From assembly GCA_964409245.1 (NCBI GenBank), contig CAYPCQ010000012.1, positions 30,747 through 94,746 of the forward strand: a stretch of DNA of 64,000 nt, given 5' to 3'. The stretch comes from an uncultured Verrucomicrobiota bacterium. GTDB lineage: Bacteria > Verrucomicrobiota > Verrucomicrobiia > Limisphaerales > UBA1319. The stretch's first letter is position 1. Each line of letters opens with the position of its first letter. The notes beneath the pieces were generated by a model that saw only the letters and a program-made list of their open reading frames with translations, was not told the origin of the DNA and made no database searches. The position numbers and the translations under genes are program-made. Positions 1 to 9,892 of the stretch are shown one piece after another.

Positions 1-237
1 GTTGGCAACTCATCTGTCTAACTCTCTGCCTATAAGAGATTAACGAATGGGCGACCGGATTGTCTAATGCGGTAATTGGGTTGTGGGGCCAAATTGCTGG
101 AAACTACGAACCGGCAACACTCTCTGCGGTTGCTGAAAGCAGTCTTGAGCGTCACTGTCAAGTGCTGCGAGCGGATACATCCGTTGAGGGAAAGACTTCC
201 GTTTGAACTTCCGCTCCTACTTTGGGCTGTTGTACAT

Positions 238-267
238 AAAAAAATGCACAACCCTAAGGTTGTGCAC
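238..267 (-). terminator. Rho-independent terminator of the fibro-slime gene
   Basis: Inverted repeat TGCACAACC / GGTTGTGCA (245-253 / 258-266, loop CTAA). On the minus strand it is followed by a T7 run (A-run 238-244 on +). It lies 30 nt past the stop of CDS 297..1103. Confidence 0.7.
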
Positions 268-296
268 TTTGAATAATGACGGAAACCCGGTTTCTC

Positions 297-1103
297 TTAC
301 TTTTGAAATTTGCGGCGAACAACGCCCAGGAAAGTGATTACACCACCGAGCAGCGCGAGCGTAGAACCACCATCAGGCACATTATTGTTAATTTTAATGC
401 TAGTATCGATTCTTAAGTTGCTTGCCACGGTATGGCGTTCAGCAAAAAAGAAATCAAACGCATAATCATTGCCTGCCGTAAGGCCCAATGAGTTTAGATT
501 GATCGTTGCCGTTTCCGCACCATGTATTCCACCCAAATCCAAAGCGAGTTTATCGTTGATGAATACCCAGACATCGTCGTCACCGGTAAACGTAAACGTT
601 TCACCCCCGCGGTAAGTGAAATCACTATGGATTTCATAGGTGAAATGAAAATTGTGGTCATTTCCCTGGTTTCCTCCCAACTGGCCATCAATAGGGAAAA
701 AACTATTGTTTACATAGGAATAAATTCCAGACCCCGGAGTGGTTTCATTCAAAGTGATTTTGAGGTCCGTGGAGAGATTGACCCCGTCCACAGTATTATA
801 CCATTGATTGAAAGCATCTTCACCGTGCGTCGTGAGGCTTAGGGAGGGGTTATTATAGACAGGCTTCCCATCAACTCCTAAATCATATTGCACTATTTCT
901 TTTTCAGAACCGTAGGGGTTAACTTCAAAATCAGGATGCCCAACCATAGTAGCACCTCCTCCAGGAACTGTGCCTGATAGAGTTCCTGTTTTCCAGAAAT
1001 CACGCACGGTTCCAGTTAATTCAATGCTCGCCGCAGTTGCGGTGCTATCAACTGCCGCAATGAGAGCGGCTGCTGCCAGTATAATGCATGTTTTTTTGTT
1101 CAT
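297..1103 (-). CDS. Secreted fibro-slime / PA14-like domain protein with a PEP-CTERM sorting tail
   Basis: Signal peptide [18 protein letters not shown]. The core [26 protein letters not shown] is typical of the fibro-slime/PA14 fold. The C-terminus [27 protein letters not shown] has the PEP-CTERM layout (VPxxG motif, TM helix, basic tail). The gene sits in a low-GC block. Confidence 0.7.
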   Translation of the reverse strand: MNKKTCIILAAAALIAAVDSTATAASIELTGTVRDFWKTGTLSGTVPGGGATMVGHPDFEVNPYGSEKEIVQYDLGVDGKPVYNNPSLSLTTHGEDAFNQWYNTVDGVNLSTDLKITLNETTPGSGIYSYVNNSFFPIDGQLGGNQGNDHNFHFTYEIHSDFTYRGGETFTFTGDDDVWVFINDKLALDLGGIHGAETATINLNSLGLTAGNDYAFDFFFAERHTVASNLRIDTSIKINNNVPDGGSTLALLGGVITFLGVVRRKFQK

Positions 1104-1814
1104 AGGTAACTCGGTTTTATTGCTCAGTTCATTTTCTTCTAACTCAGATCCCGTCTAGCGGGCACATTAGGAAACATGATTAAGCATTTAGTGTGCCAGG
1201 CCGCGCGGGCAATAATATAAGTCATTTATAATGAGTATGTTATAGAAAATCCGCAAAAAGCAGCAGGCCGATTTTATGTAAGGATACCTGACACGGTTCT
1301 CTTTGGCGCTCCGGGTAATGGCTGTAAGTCACGCAGAGTGAATGGGTTAACAGCCTAATAAACAAATGTAAGGATTTTTTCCAGTTTTTTTAACCAGGCA
1401 CTTAAAATGGTTATAAAGTGCTTGTTACCAGCATATTACAGCCATTCCTCAATGTGTAAGCCTTTCCGACACCAAGTGACCTCAACTGGCAATCCCTTTT
1501 ACCGTCCGCTTCAAATTAATATGGGTAAACCACTGAATAACAGCGAATTATGATTTATGCGGAAAGTTTATAAGCTCTGGACAGGTCCTGTGTTTCTGCC
1601 CATTTGTGGTGCCAAATCCATTGCCTTGTCAGGGGGGCCATTTCTTCAGGCTCAGCCAGTGGTCTGCGCCAGCAGACGCATTGTTCCATGACCTCATAAG
1701 GTCCAAGGCGTCCGGGGATGGGACCAAGCGTTTGGGTTCCGCGAGGTCGCGGTATTCTTATCGGCCCTCCGGGGTTGCCCGGCTGCGCGCGGTGGGTTCA
1801 CCAGCCTGGATTGG

Positions 1815-3008
1815 TCAGGGTCGGGCCAGCCAGGTTTGGAAAGCGGGGGTTTGGGCCAGTTTTTTGGCGAGCAGCTCGTAGCCTTGGGTCAGCGGGTGGC
1901 TGGCGTCGGCATAGAGTTCGCTGGGCAGGGCCTCGGGGGCGGCGAAGGCGACCTGGTTTTCGGCCAGCCACCGGGTGATGCCATCCCGCAGGCGCTGGAA
2001 ACCGGGGCGGGATTCCGCGGCCACCAGGTGCTCGTTGAAAGGCCCCACCACGACCAGGCATTCGTTGCCGCGCTCGCGGAGGGTTTTGACGAGCCGCTGG
2101 AAGGCGCGCCACTGGAGGGAAGATTCCAGCGATACCCAGTCGAACCGGGCCGGCCCGCTCCCTTGGAACCACGGCTTGTGCCGGGGGCTGCGGGGGCCGC
2201 GCTGGGGATCCTCCGCAGGGGCCACCGGGACGCGGAAGGCCACCTGGGCGAGCGGATTTTTCCAGGCATTCGGGTATTGGGGCGGGTCGCCGCCGTTATC
2301 CTGGAGGGTCCAGTTCAGGAGGCTTTTGCCGCCAAACCAGGCATGCTGCAGATGGTTGATCCAGGAGACGAAGCCGAGGGAACGCTCCACCTGGATGCCC
2401 AGCCGGGTGCTGGCGTCGGCCTTGTAGCAGGGGATGTGCGGATAAAACTGCGGCACCAGGGAGGCGTGGTTGAATTTCTCCTCCTTGTCGGTTTGCAGGT
2501 CCACCTTGGGGCTGGTCATCCACAGGAAGTTGCAGTGGAGCAGGATTTTCCGGTGGCGCAGCGGGCCGCCATACCAGGTGGCCAGGCCTTCCAGGGCGAG
2601 CGGGAACAGCCCGTTGACCCCGGCATTGACAAACCGCTCCGGAGTGCCCGCATCGCGGTTGAGGAAGTGGGACAGGGTGCCGTCCGGCAGGACGTATTCG
2701 CCCCACACCACGCTATCGCCCAGGAGGACGATCCGGCCGGGGCTGAGATCGCGCTCCAGGCGGCGCTCGTAGAGCCAGTAATCCTGGCTCAGACTGTAAG
2801 GCAGGCGGTAATCCGGAGCGGTGTCGAAAGCCTCCAGGCGCTTCCACAGGCGGGGCGTGATAAAAAGCACGAGGGCCAAAAGGCCCAGCACGGCGCACCA
2901 ATGCCGGCCGTTGAGGCGCAGCTCATTGACGCCAAACGGTATGCCGGGGGCTTTCGCCGGGGGGGCGGGAGGCTCAGGCTGGGGAGTGGGGGCGGGGTCG
3001 GTGGCCAT
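1815..3008 (-). CDS. Membrane-anchored SGNH/GDSL-like protein, probable partner of the adjacent MBOAT (AlgJ/AlgX/DltD-like role)
   Basis: N-terminal TM helix (WCAVLGLLALVLFITP). GDS block IVLLGDSVVWGEY. The start lies 2 nt from the stop of the MBOAT gene, suggesting an operon. Confidence 0.45.
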   Translation of the reverse strand: MATDPAPTPQPEPPAPPAKAPGIPFGVNELRLNGRHWCAVLGLLALVLFITPRLWKRLEAFDTAPDYRLPYSLSQDYWLYERRLERDLSPGRIVLLGDSVVWGEYVLPDGTLSHFLNRDAGTPERFVNAGVNGLFPLALEGLATWYGGPLRHRKILLHCNFLWMTSPKVDLQTDKEEKFNHASLVPQFYPHIPCYKADASTRLGIQVERSLGFVSWINHLQHAWFGGKSLLNWTLQDNGGDPPQYPNAWKNPLAQVAFRVPVAPAEDPQRGPRSPRHKPWFQGSGPARFDWVSLESSLQWRAFQRLVKTLRERGNECLVVVGPFNEHLVAAESRPGFQRLRDGITRWLAENQVAFAAPEALPSELYADASHPLTQGYELLAKKLAQTPAFQTWLARP

Positions 3009-3009
3009 A

Positions 3010-4611
3010 TCAGAATTGGAAATAGATGAAGGCGCCGCCGCCGGAGGAGAACAGGAACATATAGAGGATCATGCACACGGCCAGGCCCACCCGCACCGGG
3101 GCCGCCTGCAGGAACGACCGGAAGCGGGATTCGTAAAGCATCTGGTAAAGCCACACGGCCGCGGCCAGCAGGAGCATCAGGAGGGGGATCTGCGGATCCC
3201 GCCAGGGCGCCGAGAACAGGTGCGTGGTGATATACAGCGCGTCGGTGAGCGAGTTGGCCCGGAAGAAGATCCAGCTGAAGCAGACAAAGGCGAAAACCCC
3301 CAGCTGCTTGGCCAGCTTGGGCACCCGGTCCCGGTAAAAAGCGGAGCGCTCCAGCTCGCGGGTGAGCATGACGCCCAGCGCGTGGAGCGTGCCCCAGATG
3401 ACGAAGGTCCAGGCCGCCCCATGCCAGATGCCGGAGATGAAAAAGGTGATGAACAGGTTGCCATACATCCTGGCGGCGCCCTGGCGGTTGCCGCCGAGCG
3501 GGATGTAAACGTAGTCGCGGAACCAGGAGGAGAGGCTGATGTGCCAGCGGGTTCAGAATTCGCCGATGCCGGTGCTCAGGTAGGGGTTGTTGAAATTGAG
3601 GATGAGGTTGAAGCCCATGAGGCGCGCCAGCCCGCGGGCCATGTCCGTATAGCCGCTGAAATCGAAAAAGATCTGCCAGGCAAAGGCGAACGTGGCCGCC
3701 ATGAGGGCGGGCCCGCCGAAGGCCTGGGGCCGGTCATACACCCGCTCCACGTAAAAGGGGAGGTAATTGGCCAGCGCCAGCTTTTTGAACAGGCCCACCA
3801 GGAAGAGCGACAGGCCGTCGGTGATGTTCTGCCAGCGGAAGGGGGGGAATTGCTGGAACTGGGGGAGCAGGTGCCGGGCGCGCTCGATGGGGCCCGCCAT
3901 CAGCTGGGGAAAGAAGCAGACAAAGGTGGCAAAACGCAGGAAATTGCGCTCCCGCTGCACCTTGCCCAGGTAGAAATCGATGGTGTAGCTCAGGGATTGG
4001 AAGGTGAAAAACGAAATCCCCACCGGCAGCAAATACTCGGCGCCGAAGGGCATCAGGGTGGCCGGGTCAGGGAACCGGACCGGCAGGTGGCACCAGGCGA
4101 ACACGGCGGTGAGGTTTTCCGCGGCGAACCGGGCGTATTTGAAAAACAGGAGCAGGGCGAGGTTGTTGAACAGGCTGATCACCAGCCAGATCCGGCGGCT
4201 GCTCCACCAGGCGCCCACGGCCATCAGCAGGAAAATCAGGCCCAGGATGGCCATGGTGGGGCGCAGGGTGGCGGGGCCGAACACGCCGGTGAGCGCGCTG
4301 CCCAGCGTGGCCAGGGCGGACACCAGGAACGCGGCCAGGAGGACGTTGTCATCGAAACGCAGCCGCGTGAGGCGGGCGCGGAGATCCACTTTCCGGCCCG
4401 TGCGCGGGCAGTGGTCCATGAGGGTCACCAGGGAGTAATCCAGCGCGGTGGAATACACCACCAGCAGCAGGTAGTAAGGATTCCACCAGCCATAGAAGAA
4501 ATAGGAGGCGGCCATCAGCCACGGAATCCAGAGCCGGGTTTTGCGCAGGGCGTAAAACACCGGCAGCACGATCAGGATGAAAACCAGGAAGGGCCAGGTA
4601 TGGAACAGCAT
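3010..4611 (-). pseudogene. MBOAT family O-acyltransferase (AlgI/DltB-like) interrupted by one in-frame TGA
   Basis: ORFs 3553..4611 and 3010..3468 are in the same frame. Read through the stop at 3553-3555, the protein is ...[30 protein letters not shown]...GIWHGAAW. This is the MBOAT core with its catalytic His, and the stop falls where the family has Trp (EFWRRWH). Confidence 0.7.
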
Positions 4612-4645
4612 AGCGGTCTAACCTCGGGGCGTGGGCGGGGCGGCG

Positions 4646-5569
4646 TCACCGGCCGGCGGATTTCAAGGCCTCCATTTCCTCCGGGGCGGGCCGGCGGACG
4701 CACCGGAAGCCGCAGTAGTCGGTATAAAAACAGGCGTCCGTGTCGCCGGTGCGCTCGCCCTGGCGGTAGGTGGCGCGGCACATGTCGGCGCTGGCTTTCC
4801 ACGAGCCGCCGCGCATCACGCGCTTGACATCCCTGCCCTGGCCCGGCGGGCCGGTGGGATCGGCCGCGGGGCTTTCGGCGTAATAGGTGGGGCTGTAAAC
4901 GTCCTCGCACCATTCGGCCACGTTGCCATACAGGTCGTGGAACCCCCAGGCATTCGGCTTTTTCTGGCCGGCCAGGTGGGTCTTTTCGTCCGCGTTTTCT
5001 GCGAACCAGCCATGTTGCTTGAGCCTGGCCGCCGGGCCGAAATCGTAGGGGCCGTCCGTGCCCGCCCGGCAGGCGTATTCCCACTCCGCCTCGGTGGGCA
5101 GGCGGTAGCCGCTGGCGGCATAATTGCAGGCCCAGTCGGCGGTCTTTTCGTCGTAGCAGGGCTTGAGCCCCTCGAGCAGGGACCGCTCGTTGCAGTATTG
5201 CTTGGCGTCGCGCCAGCGCACCCGCTCCACCGGTTTTTTGGCCTGGTCGCCCCAGTGGGAGGGATTGGGCAGCTGCGCCTTGGCGAAGAGATCCTGGGTG
5301 ACCTCGTATTGGTCCATGAGGAAGGCGCTGATTTTGACCTTGTGCGCCGGGGCCTCATCCGGGTTGCCCCGGGCATTGCCCATCAGGAATTCCCCGCCGG
5401 GCACGAGGATCATGGCCACGCCGGATTTGGTGGCAACCTCCCGGGCGCCGCCGGCGGCGGACGGACGGCCGGGCGGCTCGGCGGGCGGCGTGCCGCTCCC
5501 CGGCTGCCCGCAGCCCGGCAGCAGCGCCACCGCGCCCGCCAGCCACAGGCCATGGATTTTTCCCCTCAT
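4646..5569 (-). CDS. Formylglycine-generating enzyme (SUMF1/FGE-sulfatase) family lipoprotein
   Basis: Lipobox LLPGC. FGE motifs RVRWRDAKQYC, RLPTEAEWEYACRAG, NAWGFHDLYGNVAEWCED, RVMRGGSW. Confidence 0.8.
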   Translation of the reverse strand: MRGKIHGLWLAGAVALLPGCGQPGSGTPPAEPPGRPSAAGGAREVATKSGVAMILVPGGEFLMGNARGNPDEAPAHKVKISAFLMDQYEVTQDLFAKAQLPNPSHWGDQAKKPVERVRWRDAKQYCNERSLLEGLKPCYDEKTADWACNYAASGYRLPTEAEWEYACRAGTDGPYDFGPAARLKQHGWFAENADEKTHLAGQKKPNAWGFHDLYGNVAEWCEDVYSPTYYAESPAADPTGPPGQGRDVKRVMRGGSWKASADMCRATYRQGERTGDTDACFYTDYCGFRCVRRPAPEEMEALKSAGR

Positions 5570-5572
5570 GGC

Positions 5573-6679
5573 CTACTCCCGGGCTCCCCGGCGCGGCCAG
5601 AACCACGCTGATTCCTTGTTGCTGAGTCCGTTGGTGGTCAAGGTGGCGTAATCCGCCTCGGTGGCCTGCTCCAGGTTCAGCGCCCCCTGGCGCTCCGCGG
5701 ACACCGCGATGAGGTTCCAGCCGGGCGCATAGATCCCCACCATCTCGCAGGCGCCGTGGAATGTGCCCGCGTGGCTGGGATCCCCCTCGCCGTCCGGCCC
5801 CCGGCTGAGGCTCAGGAAGCGGCTGTCCGGCGACCAATCCACATGGTAGATCTTGAGCTTCTTCTCCAGCACCCGCAGGTTCCATTTCCCCACCGCCGGC
5901 GTCTCCGCGTCCAGGCTGATCGGGGCGGTGGCGATCTCGAAATCCCCCGCGCCCCAGGCGATTTGTTTGCCATCCGGGCTCAGGCACGGGCGGCAGCCGG
6001 GGATGTTCAGGTTCAGGATCCGGCTGCCCCGGGCCTCGATCAGCAGGATCGCGTGGCCGAAGCCCATGCCGGCATGCACCGTGGCCACGATCCATTTGCC
6101 GTTCGGGGCAAACCCCGGGTTGTACAGGTGATGCAGCTTGGCGCTGTTCGGATGTTCCTCGATCCGCCCGGTGTCCAGGTGGCAGAAGCTCATGCCTTTG
6201 GTGTAATAATCCACCACGTTGAACTTGGGATATTCCTGCGGCAGGAAGCCGATCGTCTTTCCATCCGGCGCCCAAAATGGCTCGCGCGCGTGGTCCGCCA
6301 GTTTCCGCCGGTTCTTCCCCTCGAGATCCATCACCCACAGGCTGCGGACCGTTTCCCGCCCCGCCCCTTGATCCACCGAGTAGCAGATCGACCGGCCGTC
6401 CGGCGACACCTGGGGATAATGCTCGTGGACCCCCGGGGTTTGGGTCAGGTTCACGGGATTGGACCCATCGGCGTTCATCACGAAGATTTCCCAGTTGCCG
6501 TCCGCGTAACTTTCGCAGGCGATCTGATAGGGCAATTTCTTCAGCGCCTCCCGGAGGGGGGGCGGGGTTTGCGCCACGGCGCCGGCCACAGCCAGCAACA
6601 CCATGGCCGAGCATGCGATGCGCCCGGAAACGCGCTTCCAGCCATCGCCAATTATTCCCGACCTGACAGGCAGTTTCAT
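5573..6679 (-). CDS. TolB-like PD40 beta-propeller repeat protein (secreted)
   Basis: Repeated SPDG/APDG blades: SPDGRSICYS, APDGKTIGF, SPDGKQIAWG, SPDSRFLSLS. The likely start is the internal ATG at 6679 (MKLPVRSG..., followed by a signal-like helix), not the ORF-track start at 6847. Confidence 0.65.
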   Translation of the reverse strand: MKLPVRSGIIGDGWKRVSGRIACSAMVLLAVAGAVAQTPPPLREALKKLPYQIACESYADGNWEIFVMNADGSNPVNLTQTPGVHEHYPQVSPDGRSICYSVDQGAGRETVRSLWVMDLEGKNRRKLADHAREPFWAPDGKTIGFLPQEYPKFNVVDYYTKGMSFCHLDTGRIEEHPNSAKLHHLYNPGFAPNGKWIVATVHAGMGFGHAILLIEARGSRILNLNIPGCRPCLSPDGKQIAWGAGDFEIATAPISLDAETPAVGKWNLRVLEKKLKIYHVDWSPDSRFLSLSRGPDGEGDPSHAGTFHGACEMVGIYAPGWNLIAVSAERQGALNLEQATEADYATLTTNGLSNKESAWFWPRRGARE

Positions 6680-7675
6680 AATGGTCAAATTTCGACGCAG
6701 GCTAAGTGCGCCAGCACCCACCGTCAAGCGGCAAAGCCATGGCTTCCGGCTGTATGGAACGCGCTGGCGCCACTGGTTTACCGCCCGGCGCCGGGAGGGC
6801 CCTGCCTTCAGCAAGTCGGGAATCCGCGGCGGCCGATGAACACCCATTCACTCCGCACTCCCCTCCACCCCCTGAAAAAGCGTGCTAAAGCGTGCCTGGG
6901 GAGCTGGAAAGAATCCGGCGGCAACCGCTGGGGAAGCAGGGCAAAATGCCCGGATGTGGAAACAGGTGGAACGGTGCGGAAAATGGTGGGCCTTCCCGAA
7001 ACGGAGGGCAGAGGGCAGAGGGCGGAGGGCGGGTCCCATATGATTGTTTTTTCCTGATGCAGCCTGCGCGGACATTGCCGCGGAGCGGATTCACATCCGC
7101 CAGGGTGAATATGGCGCAAATGGATGACGGAGGCCAATCTTCAGTGGACTGGGTGGACTCCATTGAGGAAAAGTGCAGAGCGCAGAGCTGGATCCACCCT
7201 CCTGCGGCAAAGCTCCGCCTTGGAGAGGGCGCCGCGAACTGGCGATCACCGGCATTCCGGTTCCCAGTCCGCAGGGCGATAGGTTGCAGCCCGGCATTTT
7301 AATGCCGGGCTAGTGATCTGCCGTCCTTCGGACTGGAATCGGGTTATGGGATACGTCCATTCTTTTCCATCGTCCGGATTGGTCTTCACCTCCTCCGCGA
7401 AGAGTCCCCACGGGGTTGCGGCCCTGGGTGCGTGCCTGCGTGGGAAAGTATGTCAGACGGATGGTTTGGGATCTCGGCTCAAATCTGCTGAGGTTGCTAT
7501 GATTGGGTTCGCATTTAACCAGGGTGGCTCAACGGATGGTGCGCCTTCTTCGAAATCCTGGGCTTGGAGGCGAAATCCCGTTGGAGTTTTGGATGGAGGT
7601 GCTGGCATTACTGGTTGGCCAGCGCGCATTAACGAGGCTTTTGCAATTCCTTTAGGTTGGGCGCAAATGGCTGCG

Positions 7676-8157
7676 TTACAGGTCGTCCGGTTTGTAGACG
7701 GTGATTCCTGGGACTACGTCGAATTGCGGATCGGCGGTGACGAGAATATTGATGCCAGCCCGCATTCCTGCCGCCAGGAAAAGAGCGTCATTGGTGAGCA
7801 GGCCGTGCTGGCGCTGGAGCTGGATTGCCTGGGAAAAATCGCCAGAATTGTGAATTCGCCGGCCAGCAGGTCTTCAAAATCCCGTGCGTATTGAGTCAAT
7901 TGGCGAACCAACCCGGGCTGCTGGCTCAGGGATTGGGCGGGGTTCGAGCCTGTCAAACCCATGGCTTGCGCCTCCTGCATCATACGGCGATGGCAGAACT
8001 CCACAATGGTAACGGTGGCCAGCGCACCGTTGATTTCCCGCTTTGCACAACGTTTCAGGAGGAGGCTGCACTGGCTGGACATCCCGCGCCTGGCGTAAAT
8101 GAGAACATTGGCATCCACAATTACGCTGGCGCCGGTGGGAATGTCGGAGAGGCTCAT
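7676..8157 (-). pseudogene. vapC: PIN-domain toxin VapC, frameshifted
   Basis: The N-terminus SVIVDANVLIY is the PIN acidic motif. After about aa 105 the family sequence continues in another frame: DFSQAIQLQRQHGLLTNDALFLAAGMRAGINILVTADPQFDVVPGITVYKPDDL*. The stop in that frame is at 7676-7678. Total length is 482 nt (3n+2), so one base is missing near 7835-7850, next to an A5 run. Confidence 0.65.
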
Positions 8158-8390
8158 TGCTCGAAAACGTCCGCTTCCATGCTGGCGCGGAACTGTTCCG
8201 AAGTAAGCGGGAAATCGCGGCTGGTGAGGAACCGGCGCATGCCCGAACCTGATGGCGTTTCGCGTGCCGGCAGGCTGTTGTCCGGCTCCAGGATGGTCAG
8301 CAGGGCGCGGGCCTTGACCGGGAGCTTCACGTCCCCGTGCGGCCGGACTCGGCCGTGGTCCAGCTCAACTTCAACCGTGTTATAGTGCAT
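8154..8390 (-). CDS. vapB: Antitoxin of the VapBC-type pair
   Basis: 78-aa ORF whose stop overlaps the vapC start by 4 nt (ATGA). Its size and position upstream of the PIN gene are typical of a type II toxin-antitoxin pair. Confidence 0.55.
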   Translation of the reverse strand: MHYNTVEVELDHGRVRPHGDVKLPVKARALLTILEPDNSLPARETPSGSGMRRFLTSRDFPLTSEQFRASMEADVFEQ

Positions 8391-9085
8391 ATGGTTAGCT
8401 TACCATTTAGGACTGTATTGGCAAGGGGGACAAAGAGCGCCAGGCAAAGGCCAAGGGCTGAAGACCAAATGCTGGCTTATTGGATCCTTATTCGGGGCAG
8501 GCGCTGCGCGCCAACCCCGGGCTTGGTTGCGGAATCCCGCTGGGACTCACGGAGGGAAAAGGGAATGGCCACGAAAGAGCACAAAGGGCACAAAATCTCA
8601 AAGGGGGGCCGCCGCTGCGATGCGGTCCACGGAGAGTGCGCGAGCTTTTGGATTGCGTGCGCTGCTGCGCCGGTTTGCATTTTTCAGCTTGCAGTCCGCC
8701 CCCGTTTTTTATGCGTCCACGGCGCTTTTTTTTGCGGCAGATCTCCTGCTTGTCCCTGTTCAACTGGGCCATCTGCAACCTCGGCCAGAATCAATCTCAA
8801 ACGCCGCTCCGCGGCGCTGGGGCACGGAGATTTGAGACCGCAAAGGCAAGGCACCAAATGAAAAAGGGGATAAACGGATCCTAACAATGAAGCCGGACCG
8901 AAATTTTTTTTCAGGAACCGATCTCTGGGGCGACTCCACGGAATTCACCGGCGCTTTTTTTGCCTGAACATCCCCAATTCAGGATTAACGATAAAGGATC
9001 ACCCGCAAAAACCGGGTTTTGTCCCGTCTTTGTAACCGGCTTAATGCCAGTGGGTTAGCCCCTGTTTACTGGGGGGACTTACACG

Positions 9086-9892
9086 GTGGACGTGGGCAAT
9101 GTGGTGGGGTCGGTGGCCAGCGCCGGGGCGGTATTGAGCCTGAACACGCCGGTGGCGATCACCCAGCAACCGGCGAGCCAGACCGTGAATCCCGGTGCCA
9201 ATGTGACCTTCACGGTGGTGGCGACGGGAACCACTCCATTGACCTATCAATGGAAACTGAATGGCACGCCGATCACAGGGGCAACATCGGCCAGTTTGAC
9301 ACTCAACACTGCGGCCAGCGCCAGTACGGGAACTTACACGGTGGTGGTGGGCAATGTGGTGGGGTCGGTGGCCAGCGCTGGGGCGGTATTGAGCCTGAAC
9401 ACGCCGGTGACCATCACCCAGCAGCCGGTGAGCCAAGCCGCGTTTGCGGGGAGCAACGTAGTATTCAGTGTGACAGCGGTTGGAACACCACCCTTGCGTT
9501 TCCAGTGGCTTTATAATGGGACACCCATCGCCGGACAAACCAATGACGCCTTGAGCCTCGCGAATTTGAAAACCACCCAGGCGGGACAATATGCGGTGAC
9601 GGTAACCAGTTCAGCCGGAGCAGTAACCAGCGCGGCAGCCGTTTTGACGGTGGCTCCGCCGCCGACCCTGGCGGCCAGTTTGGTGAAGCGGCCGGAAGGC
9701 TCATTCATGCAATTGAAAGTGGCTGGGCTGCCGGGTTCGGCCTGCCGGATCCAATCCGCCTCCAGCCTCGGCGCGAGTGGCCAGTGGCAAACCAAGTCCA
9801 CGCTGGTTTTGGCCAATGGATCCCTGGATTGGCAGGATTCGGAGCCGCTGACGACAACCTATAGGTTTTATCGGATAGAATTGTCGAAGTGA
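9086..9892 (+). CDS. Ig-like (I-set/Big-type) repeat protein fragment, 5'-truncated
   Basis: Three roughly 85-aa Ig-like repeats (TQQPxSQ...F.V.A.GT.PL.YQW..NG.PI.GAT...L.L...). There is no signal peptide. The reading frame opens in the middle of a repeat (GTYTVDVGNVVGS). Repeat units at 9086-9160 and 9341-9415 are nearly identical at the DNA level. Confidence 0.55.
   Translation: MDVGNVVGSVASAGAVLSLNTPVAITQQPASQTVNPGANVTFTVVATGTTPLTYQWKLNGTPITGATSASLTLNTAASASTGTYTVVVGNVVGSVASAGAVLSLNTPVTITQQPVSQAAFAGSNVVFSVTAVGTPPLRFQWLYNGTPIAGQTNDALSLANLKTTQAGQYAVTVTSSAGAVTSAAAVLTVAPPPTLAASLVKRPEGSFMQLKVAGLPGSACRIQSASSLGASGQWQTKSTLVLANGSLDWQDSEPLTTTYRFYRIELSK

Noticed and set aside
3553-3555. The in-frame TGA in the MBOAT gene as evidence for an alternative genetic code (UGA=Trp), or as a selenocysteine codon.
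   Set aside because: TGA terminates many well-supported genes in this window (for example parE at 11972-11974). The overlapping ATGA junctions between kinase genes also use it as a stop. The affected position is a conserved Trp, not a Cys or Sec site, and no SECIS-like hairpin follows it.
2821-4827. 668-aa + strand ORF, and similar very long ORFs (1836..3029, 10073..11815, 14175..15650, 23185..25254, 33577..34968, 36916..38310, 54747..56195, 55733..58147, 57799..60642).
   Set aside because: All lie antisense to, or out of frame with, genes that have clear family motifs. Their products are Arg/Gly/Pro/Ala-rich low-complexity strings, typical of stop-codon-poor shadow frames in 65 % GC DNA.
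7313-7894. 193-aa + strand ORF in the gap upstream of vapC.
   Set aside because: It has no family motifs and a composition atypical for coding sequence. It overlaps the 3' half of the vapC gene in antisense. It is probably spurious.
9086-9600. Near-identical roughly 70-bp segments with a period of about 255 bp, considered as a possible CRISPR-like or VNTR array.
   Set aside because: The period equals one Ig-like domain (85 aa). The repeats are in frame within a coding sequence and have no spacer-repeat architecture. They are protein domain duplication.
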